A stretch of 64,000 nucleotides of DNA from Cetorhinus maximus (GCF_964194155.1 NC_135892.1:11780001-11844000), one strand, 5' to 3'. Positions 23,051 through 35,430 are shown, counted from the first letter of the stretch. Program-made: numbers and translations. Notes: generated by a model not told the origin, from the sequence alone.

Positions 23051-23212
23051 CTGGCCATCAGTACTGCCGCTGGAAACACTGCAGCAACAGTTATAGGCAA
23101 CCACTTTGTGTACCAGAAAATGTCAACTTACAACAGGAATGGAGTTTAATCTACACTGTTGGGGGTCTATCAAACTTTAGAATTTCAGGCTTCTTGGGCC
23201 AGCCGCTTTAAG

Positions 23213-23830
23213 GACAATTTTGGCTCTCGCCAGGTTAAACTCCTGCACGGGTTTGGCAGCAGACAGGCTTTGTCAATTTTACTGACCAGGCCTCAGTAAT
23301 GTGCCACTTGCCCCAACTTCCAGAGAAGCTGGTGGAGCATGGCTGTTCGATCCGGTAAAACTTTGGCGGTGGTGGGGGGGGGCTGTCACCTGTGCTCCGA
23401 GGGAATGATCCTCCCTCCACTTGAGGTAAGTGGAGTGAGAGGGGAGTCGCCATCACTGGAGGAGAAAGGCCTGGGGGGTTGGGGTGGGGGTGGGGGTGGA
23501 GGGAGGTGGTGCTGAGGTTTACCTGTGGAGCCCAGAGGAGCCCCACAGAGAAACCAAATAACATGTTAAAATCCTACTGCCTCCCCTCTCCTGAACCTGT
23601 CAGATGCTCCCTAAAAGGATATAATGTGGCAGGGAAGCCATTACTGCTTCTCCATTCAAGACTTGGGTTAAAACAGCAGTAATATACCTGGCACCTAAAC
23701 TGCATTGTTACAGAGGACCCACTGGCTTAAGACAGGTGTTGCGGGCAGGTGCGGGGGGGGGGGGGCGGGGGGGGTGCTAAGTCCTATTTTAACTAGCTTC
23801 CCCCCCCCCCCCACCCAGACCCTCCCCACA
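23213..23830. mobile_element. GC-rich non-autonomous element remnant
   Basis: Abrupt GC-rich block with G-runs, similar in composition to the TIR elements in this window. Termini not clearly paired. Confidence 0.4.
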
Positions 23831-23832
23831 CC

Positions 23833-24195
23833 CCCAGTGTCCTGGCCCAGGATTTATCCCTCAATCAACTTCATAAAAGCAGGTTATCTGGTCATTACCG
23901 CTTTGCTGTTTGTGGGAGCTTGCTGTATGTAAATTTGCTGCAGTATTTCTGCTTTACAGCAGTGACTGCACCTCAAAAAGTACTGAATTGGCTGTAAAGC
24001 ACTTTGAGACATCTTTTTAAAATCCATTTTACAGGACGTGGGTGTCGCTGGCTGGGCCAGCATTTATTGCCCATCCCTAATTACCCTCGAGAAGGTGGTG
24101 GTGAGCTGCCTTCTTGAACCACTGCTGTCCATGTGGTGTAAGTGCAGCCACATGAGGTTGTGAAACACGCTATATAATTGCAAATATGTTTTTCT
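23833..24195 (+). mobile_element. Deu-SINE 3' half interrupted by a family B LINE tail (about 24016-24150, minus strand)
   Basis: SINE ...GCACTTTGAGACATC, then the inverted LINE tail, then TGAGGTTGTGAAACACGCTATATAATTGC resumes the SINE tail. Confidence 0.8.
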
Positions 24196-24769
24196 TTTTA
24201 TCAGACAGAGGGAATTAAAGTTGAAAGCAACTCTAATTTTAAGGTAACAAACGCAGTTCAATGTTAGTAGTAGCTTTACATTATAACCCTTCATGAATAG
24301 AATCCACAAATACCCTCTAATAAAAAAGTAAACATACTAAATGATAGATCATTTTGTCCTGTTTTCATGTCCATCTCACCATTATACTTTTATGGTTTGA
24401 ACTTATGTTTATTTTTATCTCTATCAAATATACATTGCTCTACTTTCTCTCTTTAAGGGCACAGTTTGTGTCACTTCACTTTCCTTTCTTTGCTTCCTTA
24501 CTGATCATTTTGGGGCTGAAACTTAGCCTCAGCTTGGCTGTAATTAATTTCCAAAGCCCCCCATAGCCATCCTCCCCCTGTGTCCGGCCCCCTCTCCCTG
24601 CACCGCAATGGAATGCTGCCATTCTCACCATTCTAGAGAATGATTTGATTGGACCAGTTCAATTTTTGACTACCCCTCTCCATGTCCCGCTCCGGAAACT
24701 GGAGCCCGTAAAAGCAGCCTGACACTCATGGTCTTTCAGCTCTGATGCTAAGCTGAGTTCCCGCCTGCC

Positions 24770-25045
24770 CTCCCTCAGGTGAATGCAAAAGACCCCAAAG
24801 CACTGTTCAGGGGAGTCATCCTCAGTGACCTGGACCAATACTTATCCCTCGATCAACATCACAAAAAACAGATGATCTGGTTGTTCTCACGTCGCTGTTG
24901 GTGGGATCTTGCTGTGTGCAAAATGGCCGCCATATTTCCTAAATTGCAACAGTGACTACACTTCAGAAGTACTTGATTGGCTGTAAAATGCTTTGGGACA
25001 TACTGAGATCGTGACAGGTGCTATTTCAGTGCAGGATTTTCTTTC
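24770..25045 (+). mobile_element. Deu-SINE lacking its head
   Basis: Deu core GCTGTTGGTGGGATCTTGCTGTGTGCAAAATGGCCGCC plus tail. Confidence 0.85.
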
Positions 25046-27249
25046 CTTAATCTAGCGAGGAAGAGAGGCCAGTGATGGATGAGCTACTGGTGATCCAAGG
25101 AACTTTCCATGGCTGCACTCACGAATGATATTGTAAGAATTAAAACTTCCCTGACATGAAATTGAAATAAAATTGTCTTGGTATTTTACCCAGTTAATCT
25201 AGTAATTAACTGACGCATGTAGATCAGGGATGCACCTTACGATCACTTTCTGCCTTAGGCTTCACTCAAATTCCAAACATCTCTACTAAATCCCTTCACT
25301 CCCTTTTGGCTTCATGTAGGCCTGAAGCTGCTGCGCTCTCTTAAGAAAAATACAGTGGACAGATTGATTGCTTTAATTTAAAATAAAAACGAAGAGATTT
25401 AATTGCAATTTACACCAGCGAGAGGCACGTATATCATTTACAAACATGCAGACAAGTTGTTAAATGTGGAGGGGAAAAAAAACGCAATTTTCGGCAGGAG
25501 GGTTAACAAAACGGATGGAGTATGAAGGTGTACAGAGGACTGCAAAGGGGAATTTTTAAAGAATGAGTGTAAATTAATATGAAGAACAAACTAACTATAA
25601 AGAATTAACAGACAAGTTTGTAATCAGATTTTCCTCTCCCAGCTCTGTCTGGTAGCAATTTAGGCTGAGCGATTGGAACAGTTCTCAGTGTGCAAGTTTC
25701 CTGTTGTGTTTAATTTAAATAATATGGGCACACGCCAGGTGTACAGGAGAGGGGCACACTATTGGGTGCATGAAGGCAGGCTGTGGAGAGACATTCTGGG
25801 GCCTTAAAGGGATCCGTCATTTTAAGGAGGAACAGCAGAAGCCCCACAAAGCCAAACAAACATTTCTTTTTGTGGATTTGGGGGTGGGGGTGTGGGGGGG
25901 CTAGAATGGTGAGGCTTAGAACAATCAGCGGCCAGTGAATTTTGGACCATGTTGAAATCCATTTCAACCATACAGAAACTGTAATTCTCCGTGATCTTCT
26001 CATCTCCTTAAACGTGCTGCACTCGATGAATGTGAACATGTGCAGGAGGGTCTAAAAAAATGGGCATTTATGTCATTTGTCCAGGGTTGCCAATAGGAGT
26101 GACAGCAGGAGAGATCGGGAGCACGATGTGGAAATTCATGGGGGCGTGTGTTGAGTGGAAGAACGTAAAAATAAAAGTTACATTTTGGCAGGCCAGCCAG
26201 CAACAAGGATTTGCCAACATGATCACTCTTCTCCATTTCACAACTGAATGAATACAAAGCTTTCAGCATGTCTCATTCTGTGAGGTATCAGAATCCTGCG
26301 CCGCTGGTGGACACATTGATATGAAGAGGCAGTGATTGTTGCTGCACTTTTGTTCTTTGGTTTCCCTGTCTTGCTCCAATGTAGCTATGAAACATGAAGG
26401 AGTCTTTAACACAAGAGGCTGTTTATGATTTCTGGAACTTAACCAGCAATCTTTTCAAGAAATGAATAAACTTTCACAAAAGGCCAAGAAATATTGCGAA
26501 GGTGCGATTCACGAGTTCCTTTTCTTACAGGCATTTATGTTTATGACACTGATGTGTTTAAAGAGTAGGCAGTATTGCAAAGCACTGTTTGTATTTTTCA
26601 TTTTTTAATTTATGGTCCTCATTAAATGATGGTAAAACTAGAGCAATTATCATTTATCTTAATATGTAATTCACTAGGTCTTATTGTCACGGTTAGGGAC
26701 CTAGGGCAGGAGGCATGGGAATAGAGATGAGTTGTGGAACTACTAGGCTGAGGCTCTGGCAGCTTAGTAAGCAGCTGGCACCAAGAAAAAGACCAAAGTT
26801 TTGACATACGAGCTGAGGTGCTCATTGCTTCGTCAAGGCTCAGGAGGAACCATGCGAGGAAGATAGCGATACGGTACTTAATGAAGCTTCAGGATGATAT
26901 TAATGAGCACTCTCTATCAGGCCCCTCAGCTCATCAATAATTTATGCCTCCTTATTCCTGATAGTTTGCACTCTTCCTCTGCTCCGTCCGTCGCTGTTAC
27001 TCTTTTCCTCTGCTTCTCTTTCTTATCGCTAGCAGTTCTGTCCCAGCCGGGAGGCAATCCCATTCACGTGAACGCGGGTAAACTTGGCTTAACGATTCCT
27101 TCTTTCATCCCTCCGAACGCACACCGGTCTCTTTTTTTGACTCCTGCCTTGGGAGAGCTTTCCTCTTTTTTTACACTTTCCCCTGTCTCGCTGTCCAATA
27201 ATTGACTTTGTCCTTTTTTCATTTACTTGCTTGCATCCCAGTGTCGCAT

Positions 27250-27380
27250 NNNNNNNNNNNNNNNNNNNNNNNNNNNNNNNNNNNNNNNNNNNNNNNNNNN
27301 NNNNNNNNNNNNNNNNNNNNNNNNNNNNNNNNNNNNNNNNNNNNNNNNNNNNNNNNNNNNNNNNNNNNNNNNNNNNNNNN
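27250..27380. other. Assembly gap (131 N)
   Basis: Run of N bases. Confidence 1.
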
Positions 27381-28695
27381 CACTCTTCATCAAGCACTGT
27401 AGGGGTCTCAATGGCTGCAAGCCAGGGCCCACACTCCATCTGTCTAATCACATCTATCCCCCACTTGCTTTTTTGGGTGAATCATAATAAATTATGCTAA
27501 TGTGCATGTATTCTGACAATAAGAATTTCCCATTGTGCTCTGCATCTTGCTGGTAAATGCTTGCAGACACTTGCAATCAGGGCAGCTTGGAGCTGACTGT
27601 CCAAGATGAAGATTAATGATTCTCACCTGAGTGACAGAGAAGGGGATTGGGGAGCATGGAGGGTCATTTATCATCTCATGACAGGTGCCATTCAGTGGGA
27701 CAGCAGCTCCTGCATCACACTGGCAATGGTTCCATTCCTCCGCTTGTTAAGCAACCACTTTAATAACAGCACAGAATTAAAACTCATTCTCTGGTACAGG
27801 ACTGACAGCTGAAAATAAGAAAATCAATTCCTCATGTGTTACAGTCCAAATAAGTGACTAAAAGGACCGGCTTTAATTTAGCGTCCAGAGTGCATTTCAA
27901 GTAGGTCTGCATTTGCAAACTATTATCAATTACAATTTGCAAAGATCTTCAACTTTCGTTTCATTATGGCAGCATATTAATGACTCTGTTTAAAGTTAGA
28001 CATGAATGTATTGTTTAGAATTATCGGGGTGAGTACCTATTTCACATCAGCGGCATTGTACATGTTCAAACCATTTCTCTTAATGAATATTGATTCCAAA
28101 TAAAGAAGGCAAACAAGAGGGAGACTCATTTAAACACAGAGAAACAAATGTTAGTGACTTTGTGAAAACTGCAGTGGCTGGACTGTCAATGTAGTGCATA
28201 TATGACCTGGACACTGATTCTGCTAGTCAGCAGTTTGCATTGTGCAGTAATTAATGGTTTATCAGTATCTTTAACTTGGGTTCCATTCCTAATCTTGCTT
28301 TAGGTTTTTACATAGCATCTTTCTTTTATGCTTAATCCATTGTTCCTCCTTGCGAAAAAAAAAGCGCAGGTGATTAATATTTCAACTGTTCTATAGAACA
28401 AGGAACACCTAAGTAATCTTTTTGTTACTGGGTCTATTAACATTTCTCACATCCTTACCATTTTTGTGTGTGCTTCAATTACTGAGGGACGCCTGCGCAT
28501 TTATCAATTTTCAAAACTTGCTTTTTGACATTTTCTGTAAGAAGAGAAAGAGGGAAACATTTTTTTCTGCTCCCAGTTCCTTCTTTTATTCTCTCGACGG
28601 TGCTAGTTTGAGGTTGCACTCCAAAGCATCTCACCCAAGCGATCACTTGTGAGTGTTGTGGGGAAATGTTGGCCACTTAGTTAACGGCAAGACCA

Positions 28696-29065
28696 ACAGC
28701 ACCAGCTTATTCATATAGCGGCATTAACCTAGTAAAACATCCCAAGGCAGCTTAACAAGAGTGATTATCAAACAAAATTTGACACCAAGCCACATAAGGC
28801 GACAATAGGACAAGTGACCAAAAGCATAGTCAAAAGGTAGGTTTTAAGGAGCACCTAAAAGATGGCAAGAGGTGGAGAGGTTTAGGGAGGGAATTCCAGA
28901 GTTTAGGGCCCAGGCAGCTGAAGGCACGGTCGCCAATGGTGGGGCGATGAAAGCTGGAGATGCACAAGAGGCCAGAATTAGAGGAGTGCAGAGACCTTGG
29001 AGGGTTGTGGAGCTGGAGGAGGTTACAGGGATAGGGAGGGGGCGAGGCCATGGAGGGATTTGAAC
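28696..29065 (-). mobile_element. L2 LINE 3' end
   Basis: PYPCNLLQLHNPPRSLHSSNSGLL...TIGDRAFSCLGPKLWNSLPKPL. Confidence 0.9.
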
Positions 29066-29798
29066 ACAGCGAAAGCCAAGAAAGCAAGGTCCTTGGACAA
29101 GATTTTAACTCATTCAAAACCCCATCCACTTGCACAGAGTTAAAATCAGGCCCCACATCTTAGCCAAGCCCATTGCTTTCACCAGATTGATCCATAAATA
29201 AACAGTCCAGGAGAAGTCACTGGATGATGATCAGGCATGGGAACCATGCTTAACCTTTCCTCCCTCTTTGACCCATAGAAATTGAGACCTGTCTACCGGA
29301 AACCACCCAAACTCAACACTGACCAGGGAACCGAGTAAATTGCATTTTTGCCAGAGAAACCTTAACTGAATTTGACACCAAAAATTTATTTTTACTCGAG
29401 GAACCTACTGGGCATGTAATAGGTGAGGGTTGTAAACATTTTCTCTTGTTCAATACCATTCCCTATTGATACAGGGAATACTTGCTTGAACTTTGACAAT
29501 GATGTTTTGTTTTGGTTTTTGAGACTTGATGACATTGTGTATGGTATCATTTAGTTTTGTACAACAGCTATTGCGTTAAGTAGAGTGGGTCAGCTGGGCA
29601 GGACACTTAACCCCGTATGACGTTCCTTTTGATGATTCAGAACATATTATTTATCTAATGTGACAATCAGTTGTTGGAATTAGTTTCACGATGTGTGATT
29701 GAATAGCAAGCTTGGTGGTTAATGCTCCATGGGCTGTGTGTGTAAGGAATTTTCTAATCATATTCTTTAAGGAGATGATTAGGACAAGAAACTAATGC

Positions 29799-30209
29799 GG
29801 GCCCATTTTCAACCCAAGCTCCTGTTGCCGGGCACTCCGCTGACCAGAGACTCAAGCCTTCAGCCCACCTACTTTGGTGGCAGCGACATCTCAGGTAAGC
29901 ACCTGGAGGAGGGTGGGAGATTGGAGAAAGCTATGGGGGAAGGAAGTGAGGGGGAAAATGTGACCCTGGTAAAGTTGCGGAATCATTCCTGCTCCTCTGG
30001 CTTCACTATTTAAAACAAAACAAACAGATTAATCCCCTGGTGTTGGAGGTTGTGGGGGCCCATGAAGAACAAGGCCAGGCCCCAAACCTGTCCTGCTCAT
30101 CGCCAAATAATTTTTCAATGGGGCCCTTCAACCGGAGTAAATTTATATCTTTAAAGGGATTTCCAGCTGCTTTAGGCATCCATTTAGGAAGTGCAGTTAA
30201 AGAGCTCCC
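29799..30209. mobile_element. Probable MITE remnant
   Basis: Begins GGGCCCATTTTCAACC with a GC-rich body and ends ...GAGCTCCC. Inverted match is weak. Confidence 0.35.
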
Positions 30210-30212
30210 AGA

Positions 30213-30640
30213 GAAAGAAAGATTTCCAATTCTACACTACCTTTCACAAGCTCAGGCCATCCCCAAGCGCTTTACAGCCAATGAAGTTTATTTGAAATGT
30301 AGTCACTGTTGTAAAGTAGGAAAAACGACAGCCAATTTGTGCACAGCAAGCTCCCGCAAACAGCAATGTGATAGTAAGCAGCTAATCTGTTTTTAGTGAT
30401 GCTGATCGAGGGATAAATACTGAACAGGACACAGAGAAGAACTCCCCTGCAGGCTAATACCACATGATCTTTTACATCTACCTAGAAAAGCAGACAGGGC
30501 CTCAGTTTAATATGTCATCTGAAAGACAGCATCACCAATACTACATTGGAGTGTCAGCCTAGATTTTGTGCTTAAGTGGGATTTGAACCAATAGCCTTTT
30601 AACCCAGAGACAAGAACACTACCCACTGAGCCACAGCTGA
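30213..30640 (-). mobile_element. Deu-SINE, near full length
   Basis: Tail, Deu core and tRNA head (GGGATTTGAACC and CCACTGAGCCACAGCTGA on the + strand). Confidence 0.85.
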
Positions 30641-30644
30641 TATC

Positions 30645-30900
30645 AATAGGTAGTGCTATATAGAACAGAAAGGACCCAGGTTTAATTCCTGGTCTGCCAG
30701 TGGCTTCTGAGAGTCTGAAACCAGCTGAGTAGAAGGGAATAAAATCACCAAGGCCCCCAATCTTGATTGCTGTCTGGTTATCCCTGATTTATGCCTGAAT
30801 TTTCTAGGGAAAAGAATTGAGCTCAGATGTAAAACTCTCAATGGTCAAGCTGACAAGACTGCTGAACATGCAGGCTGAACATTTGGGCTAGATGCCCATA
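30645..30900 (+). mobile_element. Old tRNA-SINE (family C), head-to-head with the Deu-SINE
   Basis: B-box-like CCCAGGTTTAATTCCTGGTCTG. Body resembles the reverse complement of other family C copies. Confidence 0.4.
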
Positions 30901-30904
30901 TAAG

Positions 30905-32133
30905 TCAGTGGCTGCCCCCACTCATGTTATTTTGCTGAGGTAGGTGTCTGAAACCTGAAGTATGCAGATTAGACCTGGTAAGAGCTGGTCTGAACCTAGT
31001 GGATTCATTTGGGTAGCCAGGGTCCCCTTTTCGAGAGATAAGGTACCTCTTGGACATGGTCCCAGGACAACATTGGGAGAGGTAAGGCACCCTTTGGGGT
31101 TGGTCAGGTGTCCTTTGAGATTGTTAAAAGTAGACATGAGAGTGCATAAAAAGTGCACAAACTCATTGGAGCTGTCAAAGAACTGTCAAAGCTCATTGGA
31201 ACTGTCAAAGAACTGTCAAAGCTCATTGGAGCTGTCAAAGAACTGTCAAAGCTCATTGGAACTGTCAAAGCTATCAAGGGATTTAAACCTGTTGGGATTT
31301 AAATTAAAAAAAGAAATGTGTGGAGTTTAAAAAAAATCAATGCCAACAATCACACTCTATTTATTAACATAAGCCTGAGGGTTATTATTATAGGATTTGT
31401 GCTGCATTTTCAACCTAACATTATAATAGTTGGGTACAAGTACAGTGAGCAGTTTGATTGACAGCTCCAAGTGGTTTTAGAATAGAATCTTTTGTTTTCA
31501 TTAAAGATTAGTTGAAGAAGTTTCTATACATTGAACGTTTGTTTTATTGATGAGAGTGTTTTTTAAAATAGTGACATCATCGATAAACGCATAACTTTAT
31601 TTTATGTCAACATGGCTCCTGAGGTTTGTCAATGGTGGATAATGGGTGATTTAGCATGGAGAGGGTAAGGGCAAATGACGGTGGGCGGGAGGGCATGAGT
31701 TGGTATGTTAGCACTATGTTGGACTATAGAGGGCCCTGGGGGTGAGTGGGGGGCATGCATGTATGAGGGGCCATTGGGGTGGATCGAGGGGCATAGGGTG
31801 GCATAGGTTGTTATGAATGGGGCATGGAGAGTGTATGGAGGGGTCGGGGGATGAGGGATGAGGGCTGGAGGGCTGTTTTTTGTTTCAATGATTTTTTAAT
31901 AACTTCAGCAATGTTCCGGAGCACAGGGATAGGCCTTCTCACTAGCCCACCTCTGCATTTGACGGCCCCGTGCTCATTCCAGGGGCAGTGGGTCCGACTT
32001 CTAATCCAGCCCACCTATAGCCCCGCCCACCCCCCCCAACCCTGGAATGCAAACCTGACCTTCCGGGCCTCTTGTTGGTGGAGCCGGGAAATAGCCTGTT
32101 ATGTGCTCTCAACCCCAGAACGAAAATCCGGAC
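30905..32133. mobile_element. Large non-autonomous TIR-type element with internal tandem repeats
   Basis: Ends GAAAATCCGGACC (compare AAAAT.CAGCCC TIRs). G-rich GGCATG repeats at 31660-31870 resemble those of 39125-40525. Left TIR not seen. Confidence 0.55.
31161..31270. repeat. 30-bp tandem repeat, about 3.7 copies
   Basis: RCTCATTGGARCTGTCAAAGAACTGTCAAA. The internal G/A alternates, giving a 60-bp higher-order period. Confidence 0.95.
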
Positions 32134-32342
32134 CGCTATTTCTGTGCCGATGCTATCACCCCTCAGCCTTCTCTTTTTAAGACTCAACCTGTTCATCCTT
32201 TCCTGACAATGGAAATTTAGGAATAACGCACGGGTTGGTATTTTTTGGGATATTTAAATCTTTTTGACATCGAACACCTGTTCCATTTTATCACTGCTAC
32301 ACCTTAAAAATCCCCTTGCTGTGGGAAATGAGGTTAATGAGA

Positions 32343-32642
32343 TGGATTTTAAATTCAATTAATAAATCTGTAATTGTAAGCAAGACTCGGTAATGGTGAC
32401 CATGAAACTATCAATGATTGTCATAAAAACCCATCTGGTTCACTCAAGCCCTTTAGGGAAGGAAATCTGCTGTCCTTACCTGGTCTGGCCTACATGTGAC
32501 TCCAGACCCACAGCAACGTGGTTCAATCTTAACTGCCCGCTGAAATGGGTTAGTAAGTCACTCAGTTCAAGGGCAATTAGGGATGGGCAACAAATGCTGG
32601 CCTTGCCAGTGATACCCACATCCCATGAAAGAATTAAGAAAA
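32343..32642 (+). mobile_element. Bipartite SINE-like element sharing its 5' block and 3' tail with LINE family B (head truncated)
   Basis: 32447-32567 matches 4993-5112, then joins directly to the CAAGGGCAATTAGGGATGGGC...CCCACATCCCATGAA tail. Confidence 0.8.
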
Positions 32643-32733
32643 ACAGCACTAAAAATAACACAAATGCAGGCAGTGTGGGAAACATGAAGAAAAGCGGAGA
32701 AGGGAAAAGTACCATTTGAAACGCTGATCAACA

Positions 32734-32878
32734 TTTTTTTTTATTATTCATTCACGGGATGTGGGCATCGCTGGCTGGGCCAGCATTTGTTGCCCATCCC
32801 TAGTTGCCCCTTGAGAAGGTGGTGGTGAGCTGCCTTCTTGAACCGCTGCAGTCCCTGTGCTTTAGGTACACTCACACT
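32734..32878 (-). mobile_element. Family B LINE tail
   Basis: QGLQRFKKAAHHHLLKG and tail, inverted relative to 32568-32640. Confidence 0.9.
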
Positions 32879-33294
32879 GACACCCACAGACATTGACCAA
32901 ACAAACAAACTCTCGAACTGAAGCAGAATAATGGCTAATGCAGTGAGAATGCTCACTCAGGATGCTGCGAGTGACAGAAAAAAAAAAGTTAAGTGGAAAC
33001 TTTGGGGAGCCAGGGCTGCAGAGACTGAAGTTGGTGCACATTGTTGAACTGTAAGGCAATGTAAGCTTTAGTGCAACCTGAACTCTGACCAGTAACATTG
33101 ACACGGGGCATACAGGGAATGCCCACTTTGGTGAAATACGGACATTATCTCAGTTTTTAATGCCGCAGTACATGGTTCCAAGAGGTCCCCATGTACGTCC
33201 TCCTGTGCCATTTTGCTGTTTCGTTTTCCTGTTCACCGTGTGGGAAAACTAATCAGAGCGTAAAAGTTGAAATTGCGATGCAATAATTAATTAA

Positions 33295-33450
33295 AATGGG
33301 AAGCTGATAGATTTTTGCTAGCCGGCAGAATTAAGGGATATGGAGCCAAGGAGGGCAGATGGAGTTAGGGTCACAGACCAGCCACAAACTCATTAACTGA
33401 CGGGACAGGCTTGAGGGATTGATCAGCCTACTCCTGTTCCTATGTTCCAA
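33295..33450 (+). mobile_element. CR1 3' end
   Basis: GATAGATTTTTG...TTAAGGGATATGG...GCCTACTCCTGTTCCTATGTTCC. Confidence 0.8.
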
Positions 33451-33524
33451 TGCTATTTTACTATGAAATAGTATCTTTCACACTGTTAGTTCACACTGAA
33501 AGCCAACCACCTTCTAGTCAGCAC

Positions 33525-33642
33525 AGAAGCAAAGTACTGCAGATGCTGGAAATCTGAAATAAAACAGAAAATGATGCAAAAGTTCAGCAGGTCTGGCAGC
33601 ATCTGCAGAGAGAGAAACTCAGTTAACATTTCAGGTCAGTGA
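33525..33642 (-). mobile_element. Penelope-like pLTR fragment
   Basis: Homologous to 8960-9070. Hammerhead region truncated or decayed. Confidence 0.7.
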
Positions 33643-33661
33643 TTGCTTGGTCAACCTTCTA

Positions 33662-34118
33662 GTTAGCCATGGCTCATTTGGTAGTAGTCTTACCACCCGA
33701 GCTAGAAGGGTGTGGGTTCAAGTCCCTCTCCAACACTTAAACAAAAAACTCCAGGTTGACACTCCAGTACTGGAGTGCTGCACTGTTGGAAGTACCATCT
33801 TTGGGATGAAATGATTAAACTGAGGCCTGGTCTGCCCTCTCAGGTGGATGTGAAAAATGTTTTGGCACTGTTTTGAACGAGAGCAGGGTAATTATCCCCA
33901 GTGTCCTGGCCAATATTTATCTCGTAATAAAATTCACAGAGACAGGTTATCTGGTCGTCATCACATTGCTGCTTGTGGGAGCTTGCTGTGTGCAAATTGG
34001 CTGCTATATTTCCTACATTACAACAGTGACTACATTTTAAAAATATGTCATTGGCGATGAAGCACTTTGGGACATTCTGAGGTTGTGAAAAGCACTATAT
34101 AAATGCAAACCTTGCTTA
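33662..34118 (+). mobile_element. Deu-SINE, full length
   Basis: A box TGGCTCATTTGG, B box GGTTCAAGTCC, Deu core, tail GCACTATATAAATGCAA. Confidence 0.9.
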
Positions 34119-34194
34119 CTTACAAAATACACAAAAATTCTCATGGCGACTGAGTGCCCTGGCAACACAATATTTGGTTTAAAGCTGATTTTGT

Positions 34195-34905
34195 CCTTGT
34201 AGACCAATCACTGAAAGCAAGCATGCAGGTGTAGCTAGCAGGTAAGAAGGCAAATGGTATGTTGACCTTCATTGCGAGAGGACTTGAGGACAGGAGCAAG
34301 GGTGTTTTACAGCAGCTGTACAGAGCCTTGGTGATACCACACCTGGAGTACTATGTGCAGTTTTGGTCTCCTTACCTAAGAAAGGATATACTTGCCTTAG
34401 AGAGAGTGCAACAAAGGTTCATCAGAATGATTCCTGGGATGGCAGGATTGTCATATGAGGAGAGATTGGGCCAACTAGGCCTGTATCCACTGGAGTTTAG
34501 GAGAATGAGAAGGGATCTCATTGAAACATATAAAATTCTGACAGGGATGGACAGACTGGATGCAGGGATGATGTTTCTTCTGACTTGGGGGGACTAGAAC
34601 AAGGGGTCACAGTCTCAGGACACGGGGTAGGCCATTTAGGACTGAGATGAGGAGAAACTTCTTCCCTCAGAGGGGGGTGAACCTGTGGAATTTTCTACCA
34701 CAGAAGTCTGCGGTGGCCAAGTCACTGAATATATTTAAGAAAGAAATAGACAGATTTCTGGATTGTAAAGGCGTCAAGGGGTATGGGAAGAGAGCGGGAG
34801 TACAGCATTGAGATAGAGGATCAGCCATGATCATATTGAATGGCGGAGCAGGCTCGAAGGGCCGAATGACCTACTCCTGCTCCTATTCTCTATGTTTCTA
34901 TGTTA
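34195..34905 (+). mobile_element. CR1 LINE 3' end, well preserved
   Basis: QLYRALVIPHLEYYVQFWSPYLRKDILALERVQQRFIRMIPG...SYEERLGQLGLYPLEFRRMRRDLIETYKIL, with a (TTCTATGT)-type tail. Confidence 0.95.
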
Positions 34906-35054
34906 CAGTACAAGACAGGTGTAAGGAAAGGACAGCAAAAAGCCAATGCTGCCAATAGGCTGGAAATGAGATTTCTTGTAAAAAGTTAAGCCTTTAGGGG
35001 AAAGTAGGTGAAACACTCACAATGCCTGCTATTCCACCGTGTGCTGTGGAACCT

Positions 35055-35430
35055 AAAAGCCTAAGAGGAGATTTGACTGAAGTGTTTAAAGTCATGAAGG
35101 ATTTTGATAGTGTAGATAAAGATAAACTGGTTCCAACGGCTGAAGAATGGATATCCAAAGGCCACAGATTCATGGCATTTGGCAAAAGACCGTATGGTGA
35201 CATGAGGAAACAAGTGGCTAGGATTTGCAATGCACTGCCCAATCGGGCGGCAGAACTGGATTCCACAGTAGCTTCCAAAAGGGAATTGATAAATACTTGA
35301 AGGGGAAAAGATTGGAGGGATATGGAGAAAGAGTGGGGAAGTGGAACTAACTGGATTGCTCTTTGAAAGAGTCAACATAAACTCGATGGGCTGAATGCCC
35401 CCCGCCCCCATGCTGTAAAGATCTTTAATA
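35055..35430 (+). mobile_element. CR1 LINE 3' end
   Basis: LRGDLTEVFKVMKDFDSVDKDKL...RICNALPNR plus UTR. Confidence 0.85.

Noticed and set aside
27089-27500. ORFs with X runs
   Set aside because: Artefacts of the N gap.
27627-27809. Minus-strand exon-like interval
   Set aside because: Stops in all three frames.
31161-31270. CRISPR-like or coding repeat (SSLELSKNCQ)n
   Set aside because: Head-to-tail repeat without unique spacers, no cas genes, and a vertebrate context. The peptide repeat follows from the 30-bp period.
33662-33730. tRNA gene
   Set aside because: The A and B boxes belong to a SINE head. There is no intact cloverleaf and the sequence continues into the Deu core.
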